A stretch of 64,000 nt of DNA from Camelus dromedarius. Taxonomy: Eukaryota. The position numbers and the translations under genes were made by a program. Under the pieces are notes generated by a model. It did no database searches. It saw nothing but the letters and a program-made list of their open reading frames with translations, and was not told the DNA's origin. Each line of letters opens with the position of its first letter. The stretch's first letter is position 1. The stretch is from positions 29,264,001 to 29,328,000 of the forward strand of contig NC_087441.1 in the NCBI RefSeq assembly GCF_036321535.1, written 5' to 3'. This document shows positions 37,560 to 51,270 of the stretch, in pieces.

Positions 37560-38100
37560 GGGTTACACATAAAGTCTTTGGAAGTGGACAGACCTGGTTC
37601 ATATTTCAGCTCTGCTACTTACTAGTTCTATACGACCTTCAGCAAGTTACTGAACTCCCCTAATTCTCAGCTGCATCATCTGTAAACCAATAATGAATCC
37701 TTCACCTCTACAGGCGTTTTGAGGACTTGATAAATATATAATGTACAGAAAGTGCTTAGCACACAGCCATCCGTAGGAACGTGATAAATGGCAGATATTA
37801 CTATTTGAGAACTATTTACACTTTAGGATAAAATTATTTACTGATACCTGTTTTCTTTAAAGTAACCTGCTTTCCTCAAGTTTTAAGACAGCTTTTAGAG
37901 TAATGATTATGAGCCAGACTATAGGCAGACACCTAGGTTATAATCCAGGTCTGCTACTTACTAGCTGTGTGACGTGTAGCCAAGAGAGGCTCTGCCTGTA
38001 GAATGGAGATGTAATAATAGCACCTACCCCCACATAAGGCATATGGAGGGTTAAATGATCTAACATAAGTAAAAGCACCTAGAAAGTGCCTGGAATACAG
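37560..38100 (+). mobile_element. Two tandem MIRs (~37560-37805, ~37895-38100)
   Basis: cagacctggttcatatttcagctctgctacttactag...catctgtaaa; ataatccaggtctgctacttactagctgtgtgac. Confidence 0.8.
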
Positions 38101-40419
38101 CAATTTCTCTGAGGATTTTAGAATTTTTAAGAACCAATTTATTTCAACATTTCTTTAAGCTTGAACTGAAATAAAATCACAGCTTAAAAGCTTACTCAAG
38201 AATACTCTTCGGGCTTTTAATTAAGACAGTGGAATCCACTCAAATGGAAAAATGTTTTCTTTCTGAGTCAGCATTCTCTTTTTCTCTGTAATTATGTGTC
38301 ATGCTTTAGATGTCTTACTATCTTACTCTAATTATACTCTGTGGTAAATATTAGTGAAACAAACATTAGGAGAGTAAATACAGAGTAACAGGATGGCATC
38401 TGAATGTAAATAGCTGTATTCCTTCAAGTTTGTTTATTTTTCATTTAAAAACAATCCCCAGCCAGTTATGTTTCAATCAGTCATCAGTTTGTTAAAAATA
38501 ATATTGAAAAATATGAAACAATTACCTATTTTGCTTCAATTCAGGGATTTCAGCCATCTCTCTAAATCCAGCATGAGCTTGGTTTGGCGCGTACCTTAAA
38601 CAACCCCAATCCTTCTGTTTTTAGGAACTTATTCAGTGTCAAAGGGGCTTTGTTAGAGCTGCAAAGTGCCTGTATCCCCAGTAGCAAGCGGGCACACAGT
38701 GAATGTAGTGAGAGCTGTAAAAAATGTAGGGTTTCCTATTTTGAAAGTTAACAGGATGTCTCCTTGCATGCCCCCAACATTAAAAAAAAAAAAATTATAG
38801 GCTAAGGTCACCCACAGGTAAAAAAATCAGAGAATAGGAATCTCAAGGCTGTACGTTAGATGAACTATAAGAATGTTTGAATTGCCTCCAAAATGCCTCC
38901 TACAAATGAAGAGCCTGTGCTTGAATAGCTTCAGGACAAGAAAGTCATCATCTTCAGAGATTTGGAAAAGATAGCAAATAAAACCAGTGGCATTAAAACG
39001 TTTATGTCTATACTTAACATTTGAATCGTGTTTTTATAATTAAATTCCTTTTGAGACTATACATTAACAATAGTTTTAATAGTGTTTTCATAAACAAAGC
39101 CCAAGAGTTTTGGTTTACTATTTTTCTAATGATTATAAATAAAACATTTTGATTAATAAGTCAACTAAAGTATAATTTAGCATCAGGAACTGTTAGTGAA
39201 GAAAGGAACATAATGAGTAAACATAGTGGATATTATCAAGATGCTAAGGAAACCCACCAGTAAAATGAATTCAGCAATTAATTAATCAATTCTAAGATGA
39301 AAAGCCCTAACCAATAAGGTGAGAGGCGGGAAACAAAGACCACGTATCATAAGAAGAGCAGGGCTGCACTGCCTTCATGCTGTTGGCAAAGGAAGGAGAA
39401 TAGATGCCGCTGCGTTTCTACTGCACAGAAAAAGGTGTCCTGAGTCAGGAGTAAGTGCTATTCGAGGAGATAAATTAAGCCCCTGCAACAATAGCGTTCT
39501 AACAACTTCCCAGGCATCGACAATAACACACACTCTGAATGGCTGCCTTGGTGTCACAGTGGTTGGCATCAGAACTATGAGTGTTTTAACTAAAACCTAG
39601 CTTCTCCTCGGAGCACACAACTGTATAGATTCGACTCAGATTCCCAAGAGCTGGAATATCTGAAAACTTCCACAGCTCCTAATCCACATCCGGCAGCCCA
39701 TCAACAAAAGGGGGAAGGGACTTTACATCAGCCAGGGATTGCCTAGCCATTCGATGACTTTCTCCAACCCTCGACACCAAGCCCTCAGGACCAGAGGACC
39801 TTAGGAGGCAAAGCAAAGTTTCTGAAGATCCCTAATTAACTTCTGCAATCTTCTAGAACTTTTGGCTGTAAATTAATTTTATTCTACTTGATTTTACAGT
39901 TTTGCAAAGTAAAGAGACATATATGCTTATAGTTCCGTATCTGATGTTAGTGTGTGTTCCCATCTGTTTCATAGGGCCCTTCTCATGGGTACAGATGGGT
40001 AAATCCGATTCATCCTAAAAATACAAATCAGACTGAAGCTGCAGTTCCTACATCTGCTCTATGTAATTCGCAGAGTAGAAACAATGGACCTACAACTTGA
40101 AAAGCCATTTTAATGGCATATAAAGAACTTAACTGATTGAATTTTTTCACTGGATTTAGGTTAGTAATGGGCATTTGCTTTGCAAGGTAATATGAACATT
40201 AGCAGTTATTTTTTAAATGCTTTATTGGGTTTCTGTGGTTATGGCTAAGCAGGCTTAAACAGCATGGGAGCTTGACACATTATGTGATTTTTAATAGAGA
40301 CAGCACCTAATTTAGAAACACAATTACACGCAGCTGTAGAATAGATTTCAGGAGGATAAGAGTAAGTGGGATAGACACTGATGTTTCTATTTGGTAACAC
40401 ACTGTGAACGATTACTCCA

Positions 40420-40625
40420 GGGAAGGGTCCTTATGTTCAATAACAATTCTCAAAGTCTGGTTGATAGATAACTTGCCTCCACCACCTGGGGGGTGCTTGT
40501 TCAAAACAAACTGGGATGCACCTTAACATTTCCTGAATCAGTATCTCTGGAGATGGTACCTCAAAGGCTGCACTTTTAACAAGCATCCGATCCTTCTGAT
40601 GGAAAACAAAGTTTGAGACCCATAG
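40420..40625. mobile_element. MER5-like hAT-Charlie MITE
   Basis: ttctcaaagtctgg...ctgaatcagtatctctgg...cttttaacaagcatcc...aagtttgagaccc. Confidence 0.65.
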
Positions 40626-41032
40626 GCTTTATTAAGATATATAGAGAAATATACACTTTCTTTTACTCAGCTGTAGACACACACAGACTTAGAGTTATCA
40701 GTCCCCAGGAAAGGTTCCTCCACTGATTGGTAGAGCCCCAGCCTCACCATCTTGCTGCCAGGAGCACTGTGAGGGCAAAGACGAACTGCTGCTCTCCCAG
40801 GTAAGGAAAACAACTCACTGAAAGCTCCAGACCCAACACATACACTCCTCTCGCACCTGATGAATGAATGGATAACTGGGAAAGGATTACATCCTCACAC
40901 TTCTATCTGAATACATGGTGGGAATTCGCTCATCACCTGACCACCCATTTGACAAATCTCTGTAGGAAAACAAATCCAAACATTCAGCACACCTACAAGA
41001 AGACTCAAGGTGGAGCCCTCTTAAGGTGGGGC

Positions 41033-41236
41033 AGGGCTTCCCAGCTGGACTGCCTTGGATCCCTGGGTACAAGTGTGCTGAGGTATTGTTGGCTGTAGCC
41101 TTGTTAAGAGCCAGGACCCTGTCTAGTCACCCAGAGGCAGCCCTAACCATCTCGGTGCACCATATAAATGTCATTTCTGTGGTATCATTTTCTATGTGGG
41201 CAGGTAGTTAAACAACAGTTTGGGAAACACTGCCCT
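41033..41236. mobile_element. hAT-type MITE
   Basis: Terminal inverted repeats cagggcttcccag / gtttgggaaacactg. Confidence 0.5.
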
Positions 41237-41409
41237 AATTTATAAAAGTGTAATTACATATTTGGGGGATTTATCTCATCATTTAATAATCACCCCTTAG
41301 ATAGTAGGTGTGGGATTTTACAAAGTTGAGAAGGAAGTTTTACTGGAACAAAAACAAGCAGCAGTTGCCTCTTAGGTTACATAACTGCCGTGTTAAGGGT
41401 CCTGGGGGA

Positions 41410-41890
41410 TGACTCGTCGTGGCCAGGTATCCTCACTGTGTGCCAGGCAGTGTGACGGTGTCTCACAGAATCAGAGAAGATGTGGCCTCTGCCTTTATGG
41501 ACCTTACCACCAAGAAAGTAAGCAGACTTGGCGGAAGTGTTTCCACAGAACCGTCAACAGTGTTGGGATGTGGACAGGAAAGCATGTAATGAGGAATCTG
41601 ATCTCAGGTCTAGAGCATCAGATCCAGCCTCCATGGAAATGAGAGCTGCCCTGGAGCCTGCGAGGTGAGAGACTCCCTAGGAGAGGGATGGGGGTTCGAG
41701 GCAGAGAGAAGAATGCTGGAGGACCAGGGAGGCTGAAGCATGACGTTTGAAAATAGCCTGGCAGCAAAAAAGCTGGAAAGTTAAGCAGGGGCCAGATAAC
41801 ACTGGGTGGGTATGCTTCATTCAGATCTGTGAGGGTCTTAATTCCAAGAGTGATGGGAAGTCACTCTTTTAAGCAATTTTAAGCAAGGAG
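41410..41890 (-). mobile_element. L2 fragment
   Basis: ctgtgtgccaggcagtgtg...gcctttatggaccttac...gagtgatgggaagtcact...ttttaagcaagg. Confidence 0.55.
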
Positions 41891-42159
41891 ATACACTCCC
41901 AAATGGATTTTTAAAATGCAAACTCCTAGGCTCTAGCCTGAAAGATTCAGGCAGCCTGGGCTGGGCCCCCACTTCTGAATTTTAGAAATGGCAATTAGAA
42001 TCTACAGAGAAGCCAGGTTTGGGAAGTACTGCTACGGGACATTAGTAGTCCATCGGTCCATCCCAAGCAGGTGGCCTATGAACTGGCCCTTAAAATAATA
42101 TTTACAGTATAAAAAGGACATACATGTTCCCTGTATTGTTAATTTATCTGGCCCTATGA

Positions 42160-42668
42160 TGTCTGCTCCTGGATCAAAGGCAATGCCAGGATATGACTTC
42201 ATTCTGGTGACAGGCTGGCACGTGAATGGGCGAAGGCGATGGTGCAGGAGACACCACCAGCCACCTGGACCACCCCACGCCTTCCGCGTCACAGCTCCCA
42301 TCTCTCCAGCTCTGCTCCCCTACAGGGTTCACCTGGGCTCTGGCTGCTCTGTCTTCCCACCTCTGGCAGCCTCACTCTGTGACTGAAGGGAACAGGCATT
42401 TAAATAGCTCAGCTTCCTCATCTCATTGGGTGGAGAGCTGAGGTGTGTGTTTTCTAGTCTCCCAGAGTGCTGCCCACAGGACTGGTTCCCGCTGCCACAG
42501 CAGTAGCCAGAGTGTGGCAACGATGCTTTTACTGGCTGTCTCTGCTTCCCGGCCTCACCTCCTCACACCTTCCCTCCTCCCTCCAATGGTGTTTTCCTCA
42601 CCTCCCAAGTAAACCATTTGCAATCAAATCTTTGTCTCAGGGTCTGCTTCTGGGGGTGCAAACTGTCT
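42160..42668 (+). mobile_element. ERVL-type LTR (LTR33/LTR16-like)
   Basis: 3' end cctcccaagtaaaccatttgcaatcaaatctttgtctcagggtctgcttctggggg. Confidence 0.65.
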
Positions 42669-43507
42669 CTTGCTCTCCCAAATGACTTTTTTTTTAAAAA
42701 GTGAAGTCTGGCAACCAATTTTTAGTAAATTATTAAGAAGGATGCAAAGAAAATGTGTAAAAACCTGAGCGGGAAATACCACCCATATAAGCAATGATTA
42801 TGAGAAGAGAAGAGAGAACATACTGACATTATGAGAATCAGCCTGTCTAAGTACTCTATTCAAGCTCAACCCAGGGATAGCAAAAAACGGGCCAGCCTTA
42901 CTCATGCTCCTCTGGAATAAAAGAAGTACTGTGAAACAAACAAGTACCCACAACGCTAATAAAAATGAACATTTATTGAGGGTTTATTAAGTTAGTCACT
43001 GTTCTCAGAGCTTTGCACAGCTAACGATTTCATTCGTAAGTCCACGGGAAAGAGTCATTGATACAAAATTTTTATATTTGCTTTTAAAATGAAAAACTAT
43101 CAACTATGTTCACACAGATTCACTTATACCAAAGAAGCCAGCTAACTTCTACTCTGTTAGTTCCACCCTTGTATCAACCATCCTGGAGCCATCAGATAGA
43201 CTTGTTAACAACCTTCCTTTTGTTTGTTAACATTTACTGTGTTGGCATCTCATAATCATTTATATCTAAAATGCCATATACCACTTTGATTGTTGAGAAC
43301 TAGTGACTGCCCATAGAAGAAAAAATAAAATAATCTAAAGCCAATTTTTAAAAATGTAAAAGAATAAAATTTATATTTAAAAGAGTAAATAAATATGTTA
43401 TTCTGGTTATTTTGGAAATGTTTTTATTAATAATAAAGTATTTGGACTGGAAAATCATGATGCCTGTAATCATTTCTTAAAAATACTTAGCATAAAAAAT
43501 AAAATGA

Positions 43508-43620
43508 GGGTAGGCTGTATAGCCAGTGGTAGAGCATATGCTTGGCATACATGAGGTCCTGGGCTCAATCCCCAGTACCTCCATTAAGGAAAATAAATAA
43601 ATAAAAAAGTAAAATAAAAT
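43508..43620 (+). mobile_element. Camelid tRNA-derived SINE (Vic-1-like), second copy
   Basis: gtatagccagtggtagagcatatgcttggcatacatgaggtcctgggctcaatccccagtacctcca plus (AAAT)n tail; homologous to 7568-7643. Confidence 0.85.
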
Positions 43621-44129
43621 AGAATTTAAAAACTCTTAATCAGAAATGTCCAACTTAAAAATTCAGGGATCATTAGGGATTGCCTCCTTCACGTTCCCTT
43701 TGACAACACATAACTGATCATCATAAATCTCTGACATTTCCGCTAGCCTCGAATAAATAAGTAAATCAGTAAATAAATAAATTAAATAGAAATGGTAAAT
43801 CTGGAAAGTTGAAGAACAAGAAATCCAAACAGTCTTTGAAACCATGAATGATGTATCCTAGCACCCTAGAATGAAGGTATATCACTTAAAATAAGTGTAT
43901 TAATTCACAGAGATGTAATGGCAGGTTACAATTCACTGAATCAAGACAGTATGGACTAAAAATCTTTGTAATGTAAAAAAATACTCAGATAGCAATCACA
44001 TGCAGTGGGTCATCACAGAGACCTTACAGTGTCCAAGGTTGTCTCCTGAATGTGATTACATGAAAAACCATGATCACACCTCACAAAAGACAGTTCACTG
44101 GAATGGTCAGATCCACTGAAACATCACTC

Positions 44130-44475
44130 TTTTCTAGAGGTCACACTTGTGGTTCCCAGAGGTGGCAGGTGGGTGGTGGGGTTGGAGGAAGGTGGTCAAA
44201 AGGTCAAAACTTCGAGTTATACAATAAATAAGCACCGAAGACGTACAGCGTGGTGACTATAGCTAACACTGCTGTACGGTATATTTGAAGGTCACTAAGA
44301 CAGTAGGTCCTAAAAGTTCTCATCACTAGGAAAAAAACTTTTTTTTGATCTATATGAGGTGATGACTGTTAACCAAACTTACTGTGATAATATCACAGTG
44401 TATGTAAGTCAAGTGACTACGTGCTACACCTTAGACAGGGCTGTATGTCAATTTTCTCTCATACTGAAAGAAAAA
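44130..44475 (+). mobile_element. L1 3'-end fragment (L1MA/L1MB-type)
   Basis: gaaggtggtcaaaaggtcaaaacttcgagttat...gtgactatagctaac...ctgtatgtcaattttctctc. Confidence 0.75.
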
Positions 44476-45344
44476 ACATTACTCTTTTCTTTTCGTACAA
44501 TGATTTCAAGTTTAAAAGAACCCCCCCCCCCCCACATACAAAATCATCTAAAACAATCGCCCCTTTCTGTTGTGAGGAAACTGGCTGCAGGTATCTGGCC
44601 CAGAGCCCAGAAAGTTAGTGAAATGCCTGTGAGATGGAATGGCCAGCCCTTCAGAGTATTCTGTTAAAATTTAAAATAACATCTTGGTTTTTGAAATCTA
44701 AACTTCAGGTGCCCTTACCAACTTGTGAGTCAATGAACTTTTTTCTGTAATTACTACTATGTGAATTAGTACTTTGTTTTAAAGTAAATTTCCTAAAGTG
44801 GTATGTCCACATTTTTAAGGCACTGAATTGGGTAAATGAATTGATGTTGCATTCGTTATGGTTTCAAGGATTAAAAAAAAAAATCACTGTTGTTAATAAT
44901 TAAAGAAGTTACAGCTCTCCCCCATCTGTGGGGCAAAATTGCTTTTCTATAAGGATACTATTTCTTTAAATGCCATTACGCCAATAACACTGCTGTGAAT
45001 TGGGAATCAGATGTATTAATTCAAATGTTCACCTGGTTTATCCTTAAGAACAGAAGATATAAAATATTAAAATAAACAAAGAACTACATTGCCTTCGATT
45101 TTAAAAACATTCCATTAAAGAGAGCCCCCAAATCTAAGTGCTAAGGATCAGATTTCCAAAGTCTGCTTTCTTTTAGTAATATCTTCAGTAAATATAAGGG
45201 CACCGACCATTTACTTAAGGATGTATCAACCAAAACTCGGTTGTTCACTTAATAATCCACAGAGGTTAAAACATTTCAACTCAACTCAAGTGAAATCAAA
45301 ACTAAATGACTGAGCATATAGTCCAATTAATGTCTTAATAGTTA

Positions 45345-45540
45345 GATATTAGATAAGGGGTAGGGGATTAAGAGGTATGTATAAAATAAGCTACAAAGAT
45401 ATATTGTATAACACAAGGAACATAGCCAGTATTTTACAGCAACTATAAAAGGAGTATGACCTTTAAAAATTGTGAATCACAACTGTATAACCTGTAACTT
45501 ACCTAATATTGCACAAAAACTACACCTAAATTAAAAAATC
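45345..45540 (+). mobile_element. Short artiodactyl-type L1 3' end
   Basis: aaaataagctacaaagatatattgtataacacaaggaacatagccagtatttt...aaaaattgtgaatcac; possible TSD tcttaata (45333-45340 / 45539-45546). Confidence 0.75.
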
Positions 45541-45926
45541 TTAATAAAGTGAAATAATGGAGATGTAAGTACTCGGCAACATTCTTCATAAGGAGTTTGC
45601 CACCTTTCTTGCAAAGAATGGTTTTATGTAAGTATTGATCAGTTCATTCAGAAGTATGAATTGGCATGAAATAAAATGACTAGGATTTCCAAACTTTCAA
45701 CATCAAGCAAGTTCAACTAAAAGGTGAACAAGTAAAAAGTAATCCTGCCTGATCTGGACATGCTTCAAAGTCCAAGTACTGATTCCCACCATCATTTTAC
45801 ATTAAATCAGGTGAATTTTCAATAATATGCCAGAAGACGTCACCATAGAACATAAAACACCTAAAGAAAAAAGCCTCTTTCAACCACTGTGTTTCCAAAT
45901 AACACTAATATGATCACTTTAATTAC

Positions 45927-46076
45927 CTGATTTCAGGAGATGAAGAGATTTCATTTGTGTCTGTCCTTTTACTTCTTGGAAATGAGGGACTAGCCGGAGG
46001 CATCTCACCACTTAAGCGGTCTGGGAAAATGCGGTCTTTATTCAAATTGATTTCTGAATAGGGACAGTTGGCAGCA
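45927..46076 (-). CDS. L3MBTL3: L3MBTL3 exon (150 nt, phase 2/2): (S)AANCPYSEINLNKDRIFPDRLSGEMPPASPSFPRSKRTDTNEISSSPEI(R)
   Basis: cgtcttag|T acceptor, ATCAG|gtaatt donor. Confidence 0.97.
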
Positions 46077-47299
46077 CTAAGACGTTTTTTAGAAAGAAGA
46101 AAAAGAAAAGAGCATTCCTATTAGAACATAATTCTTCCAAATGATAGTCTACAAGATATAAAATTCAAAAATTTACCTAAATATACATATTTATATACGT
46201 GTATATGTATGATGAAACATACAGTATGAAATACTTCTATCTTTAAAACATAATTCAAGTATATTCTGATAGAACATATGTCTCTGCACTAGATTTTTAG
46301 ATCCAATCTTCGAAAGTAGGCAGTGATCACCGAACAATTCCCCCTGTGCTGTCCAAGGGCAGGGTCTGTGCAAATCTCTGGGAACAATCAGCCCCAAGAA
46401 AGAAATGTTTGATGTAGGAAGGTTGGTGGCAGAGGAAGGACACAGAGAGACCGACTGACACATAAAGCAGACTGCTTCCTGAAGCGATCTTCCAAGCCCA
46501 GGGCCCTCACACAATGTTTAACCTCCTTTGCAACAGCCACTGCCCTCCAAAGAGGCAGGTTCCTCCCTGTGCCTGTCTCCAGGCCCAGGTGTGCACCTGA
46601 TATCCTAGGAAATGCACAGATCAATCTGTAGCTAATCCGGTCCCTCATGTGAAAAGGGACCAGAGGCCACTTGGATAATGACCCATCTAGCTCACTGCCC
46701 TTCCACTGGTGACCCTGGTTGGTCTCTCCGATTCCATCTGGAGATCATTCCTGTTACCCAAGCAAAGGGAACCGAGGCCACTGACTGTTAATTTAACATT
46801 AAGGCAGCACACTCCTGTGCCCAGGCCTCTGCTCTCCAGCCTCCAATAACTGGGCAGCCTCTGCATCTCAATACATAATCAACCCCTCCAACAAACTCCC
46901 CGTCTTGCCCCTTGGTTTTAAGGAAGCTTCCTGAAATCTGGAAACGGTCTGGACTTTGGGAAGTTGTATTAGTGTCTTGCACAGTCTTTTCCTCAGGTTA
47001 GGTGATACTGGGAATGCTAATAATCACTCAGAGAAAAATTTTAAATAGCGTATTTTTGCCCTCCACCAAGAGAATCTGACACGTCCTCCCAAGAGGAGAG
47101 AAGAGTTTGCAAGTGCTCCCAAGTGATTCTGATAACGGCCTATGCAATTTATCACCGGTTATCGTGCAAGCGAAAGTACAACCTTTTTCTCTTTACCTAC
47201 TGCTACTCTGCAGTGGTATCTATGCAAAAGAGGAAAGGAAACAACATTTGACCCTGTGTTGACATAACGATGCATAAGGTTAACCCAACAACAACAAAA

Positions 47300-48400
47300 A
47301 CAAGAACTAGTGCTATTTATGAAGCACTTAACTATATATCACACACTGTGTTAAGTACTTTACATCCAGTATTTTCCCTAATCTTCACAACCACCTGTGA
47401 GGAAGGCTTTCCATGTGACAAGCTAAGGTTTAACACGGTTAGATACCTTCAGCCTTGAATCATTTCATTCGTTTGTGCAACAAGGATTTATCAACTAAAT
47501 ATTTATGTGCTAATGACCTTTCTGGGCATTAGAAACACAGTGAAAAATAAAAAGACAGGCTGCCCGTCCTCATGGAGCTGATATTCTGGGGAGAGATGGG
47601 CAGCACATGATTGCACAAGTCAGACGACTTCACTCAGCGACAACAGCCACGGAGGGTGACGCAAGAGAGAACACGGCGCTGAGGGAGGGCCTCGCTGAAG
47701 GAGCAGCATTTAAGCAGTGCCCTCAAGGTCAGGAAGAAGACCATTCTGTCAGTCCAGGGAAAGAACATTCCAGGACATGGGAAGAGTGATGCACAAAACA
47801 GGGAAAGCCTGGCAGGTGTGAGGGCAGGACAGACCAGCGAGGCTAGAGGAAACAAGCAAGGGCAGGAGGCAGAGCAGAAGCTGGTGGGGAGGGGTATCAT
47901 GCAGCACCGAGCAGGCCAGAGTCCCCAGCTCACGTTGTCAGTTTAGGTTCAATTTATAGCCACCGGCAGACCTTCAAATAAGAGAATGATAGGGTTTGAT
48001 TTACAACTGAGAACCACCACTCCGGATTCTCTGTAAAGGGAGGACATCAAGGCAGCAGAGTTGGAAGAGAAGTTATCTAAGAGTAAAGATACGACAGTGA
48101 CTTGAATGTGTGCTTGAAATGGGGACAAAGAGGGTAGCCATGGTTATTTTGGGGATCCCTCCAAAGGAACCTGTGGATGGACCAGAGATGTGGAATGACA
48201 TAAAGGACGGATTTAAGAACGGCCTTTAGGTTTTTGGTTTGAAGAACTAAGTGGTAATAGGGGAGCCTCCTTTTTTTTTTTTTTTCCTATTGTTCTGAGA
48301 TGAGAATGACCAGAGGAAAGGAGACTTGAGGGCAACATCAGGCACTGTGGAGTGTTTATTACGCATCCAAACAGAGATACTACGGTCACATAGCAATGAA
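47300..48400 (-). mobile_element. MIR (~47300-47450) followed by L2 (~47460-48400)
   Basis: tgaagcacttaactatatatcacacactgtgttaagt; catttcattcgtttgtgcaacaagg...gtcctcatggagctgatattct. Confidence 0.65.
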
Positions 48401-50019
48401 GCAGCTCAGAGGAATGAGCATCCTAATTTATGTGCCCAATTCAGAATGGACATACTGCTTTACTTCATTTTACTCACTCAGCACTGATGTGGAGGAAAAT
48501 CCATCTCCAACCACAATGTCTCTTTTGAAAGGCAACCTTTCAGGTGCTTCATGGGTTATCTGTACTAATCAGTGTTCATGGACATGAGTGACAGCAACCA
48601 ACTCTAACTTGAACAGAAATGAATTTACCGCAAAGACGCTGGATGGCTCAGCAGGAAGGCTAGACAGTCAAGCTTGGGCAAGAAGCAGGGGATAGCTCCC
48701 TCCCCCAGAAATGATCTGTACTGGATGAGGCAGCCCGCCTCTCCTCCCAGGCCCTCAGCCACGTCCACGCCCCACCCAACACTCAATTCCACGGAGGCTG
48801 CAAACGCAGTCTGCTTCACCTGCAGGGCACCCCTCATAAAGGAAGGTCCAGACAGCAGCAGCTGATGGGCAATGTCTCTGCGCACACTGACACTGCCCAC
48901 AGGCCTGAGGAAGGGGACCCTTTCCTACGGGAGGTGGAGCCCTGCCTGACACTTATGCTGATTTCAGGCAAAATGCAAAGGCCCTAGGGTTGTCTTATAA
49001 TAAACATGTTTAGAACCAAATTCATCTTTAATGAACGCCCCTCCCTGGGTGGGTGGGGATACAAAATACAACTAGCTCCTCCTCCCGCTCTTAATTCTGA
49101 TAAAAGAACTGTATTAACCACCTTCCAGATCCTGATCCTCTTTGACTCTTTTCTGTTCTTTCTCCCTCAAATTGTATCTATTTCTGTTGCAAATTCATCT
49201 ACTTAAATTTTGCGGCAGCAGGAAAAGAAATCCAAATATAATTTTGGGGGTTTCTTTTGACAGTAATGCTGCTCTTCCTAGAATATCACAATCAAATGTT
49301 TCACTCGTTGTTAAAACACCTGGCTTTACAATGACTGAATAACTGTCTGTACATTTACTTTGGAAGAAAGTAGGGGAAATGAGGGTCCTGTTCCTAAACC
49401 CATACACGTCTCCAACACTGGCAAGGCGCTGGGATTTTTAGACGGCTGGGTCCCAACCACGCGCTCTAGTGACCAGTTGCAGTTTAGAAGGCTTCTATTA
49501 TAAACTCCACGAGGGCAGCCCCTTTGTTTATTTGTTGACTATGTGAAGGAAGAATGTGTGTCTCCAGGTCACCATACATAAGCCTGTGTAGCTCAGAGAG
49601 AGGCAAGACTGCAGGGCAGAATGAGACTTGCCATCTAAATACACCCCCCTGTCTGGATTGCCAGGGCCAGAGACAAATAGCAAACTCTTAACTGGAAGTA
49701 GAGGAAACAACCACAGCCTTCCAGGCAAAGATATGCTAACAGGCCAGGACCATCTGCCAAGGTGATGATCGGCTGTGGGTCTGGCACCAACACCTTCTCT
49801 TCTTTTGAACCCTGAGAAAAGTCAAGTGGGTTAACATACCTCCTATTCTTACAACTACTCTAGGGTAGAGAGGGAAGCGAGCTGGGAGTGGGAGATGATT
49901 AAAAAAAGAAGAAGGGAGATGCCACAAAATGCAAGTGAAGTGTGCACAGAGGGATGGGCAATGCCAGAGACGAAAATCAGGAACCTGGTTCTAATCATGC
50001 TCTGCAGCTTTATCCACGA

Positions 50020-50290
50020 CTCAGTAATGAGCAGGCACAACTTGGGAGACTCCACTCTCTCATCTGTAAAGTGAGGATGCTAACAACAAACATTACCACA
50101 GATTGAGTGCATTAACCAGGCTATGGGCTTTACCTGCATTACTTCATCTAACACCCACAGCCCTGGGAAGCTGTCCATATTCTAATGCTCATTTTATAGA
50201 TGTAGAAACTGAGGCTTAAAAAAGGGAACTTGCTTAGTATCACTCCATCAGTCCTTGGTAGCATTCGAGTATGAGCTCTGGCTATCTCCT
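50020..50290. mobile_element. Two MIR fragments in opposite orientation (+ ~50020-50090, - ~50090-50290)
   Basis: ctcatctgtaaagtgagg (+); cattttatagatgtagaaactgaggctta (-). Confidence 0.6.
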
Positions 50291-51039
50291 GTTACACTGT
50301 ATTGGTAACAAGCTCCTTGCGATACTGAGAAGTTCCTTATCCCGAATCCATGACGATCAAATCCACCTGACAGTACCACTGCTAAAAAGATGGTGCCGTC
50401 ATGCAGCTAAAATATACTGAGACAGTACTTCACCTCTCTGGGCCAACTTCCTCATTTTAAAGTTTATAAAATTCATATGCAGTTGTAAAAGTTAATGACT
50501 TCATAAATGTAGCGGTGCTGATTAAATTTCTGTGAAAAAAAGTGAGTTCTCACTAGGCTTACAGTCATTTCTAGTTTCTCATCCACTGAGTTTCTGGCAA
50601 CAAAACGTAAGCAAGGCATGGCTCATTCACGCAGTGTGCGTGTATTTAGCCATGAGCACACCCACACGTACACGGACACACAACTCTACCATTACTCAGA
50701 TCCTCAGATGGCAGGGCAACAGATTCACACAGGATGACACAGCTCTGTTCTATTAGCAAATAATTCTATATCTGCTAAATACACAAATACTAGTCCTGCT
50801 GGCCCCGTAAGGAGGCAGTTTTTCCTTGGAAAGACTGGTCCAGCTTTATTAAGAAAAGTAGAAGGACCGCCTTGTCCACTGCGCCCCACTGCCACCTTTA
50901 GAACCCTTTTAATTGTGAATACATTTAAACAACTGGACAACGTCTTCAGTTTTCCAGCAGCTCACGTAATCACTCTCACACTCTGCTGCGACAAGAACCT
51001 GTAAAATACATCCAGCCACTGTGCTTTGCAGGAGATCCT

Positions 51040-51270
51040 AGTGGTTAAGAGCAGTGACTCTGGTGCCAGAAAAGCCTGGGCTGAATCCCAGCCCCATCAC
51101 CCTTGGATCTTGGGCACTCTCTTCACCATTCTAACTCTCTTTCCTCTTCTGCAAAACAGAGATTAGAACAGTGCCGGCTTCATAGAGCTGCTGTGAGGAT
51201 TAAACAACATAGTCCAAAAATAGTTTCGGGGACGTCAGAAGCCACCAAAAAATCTTGTGTATGATTATTA
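51040..51270 (+). mobile_element. MIR
   Basis: tagtggttaagagcagtgactctggtgccagaaaagcctgggctgaatcccagc...gctgtgaggattaaa. Confidence 0.8.

Noticed and set aside
39319-39600. 93-aa + ORF, 64-aa - ORF and a strong acceptor-like site at ~39378
   Set aside because: No recognisable protein; the only in-frame donor (TAC|gtggtc) is very weak.
48620-48950. GC-rich block with overlapping ORFs on both strands
   Set aside because: ORF openness is explained by GC content; there is no splice-compatible exon or recognisable domain.
49195-49407. Minus ORF with a good acceptor in the correct phase for L3MBTL3
   Set aside because: All plausible donors downstream are in the wrong phase, so no in-frame cassette is possible.
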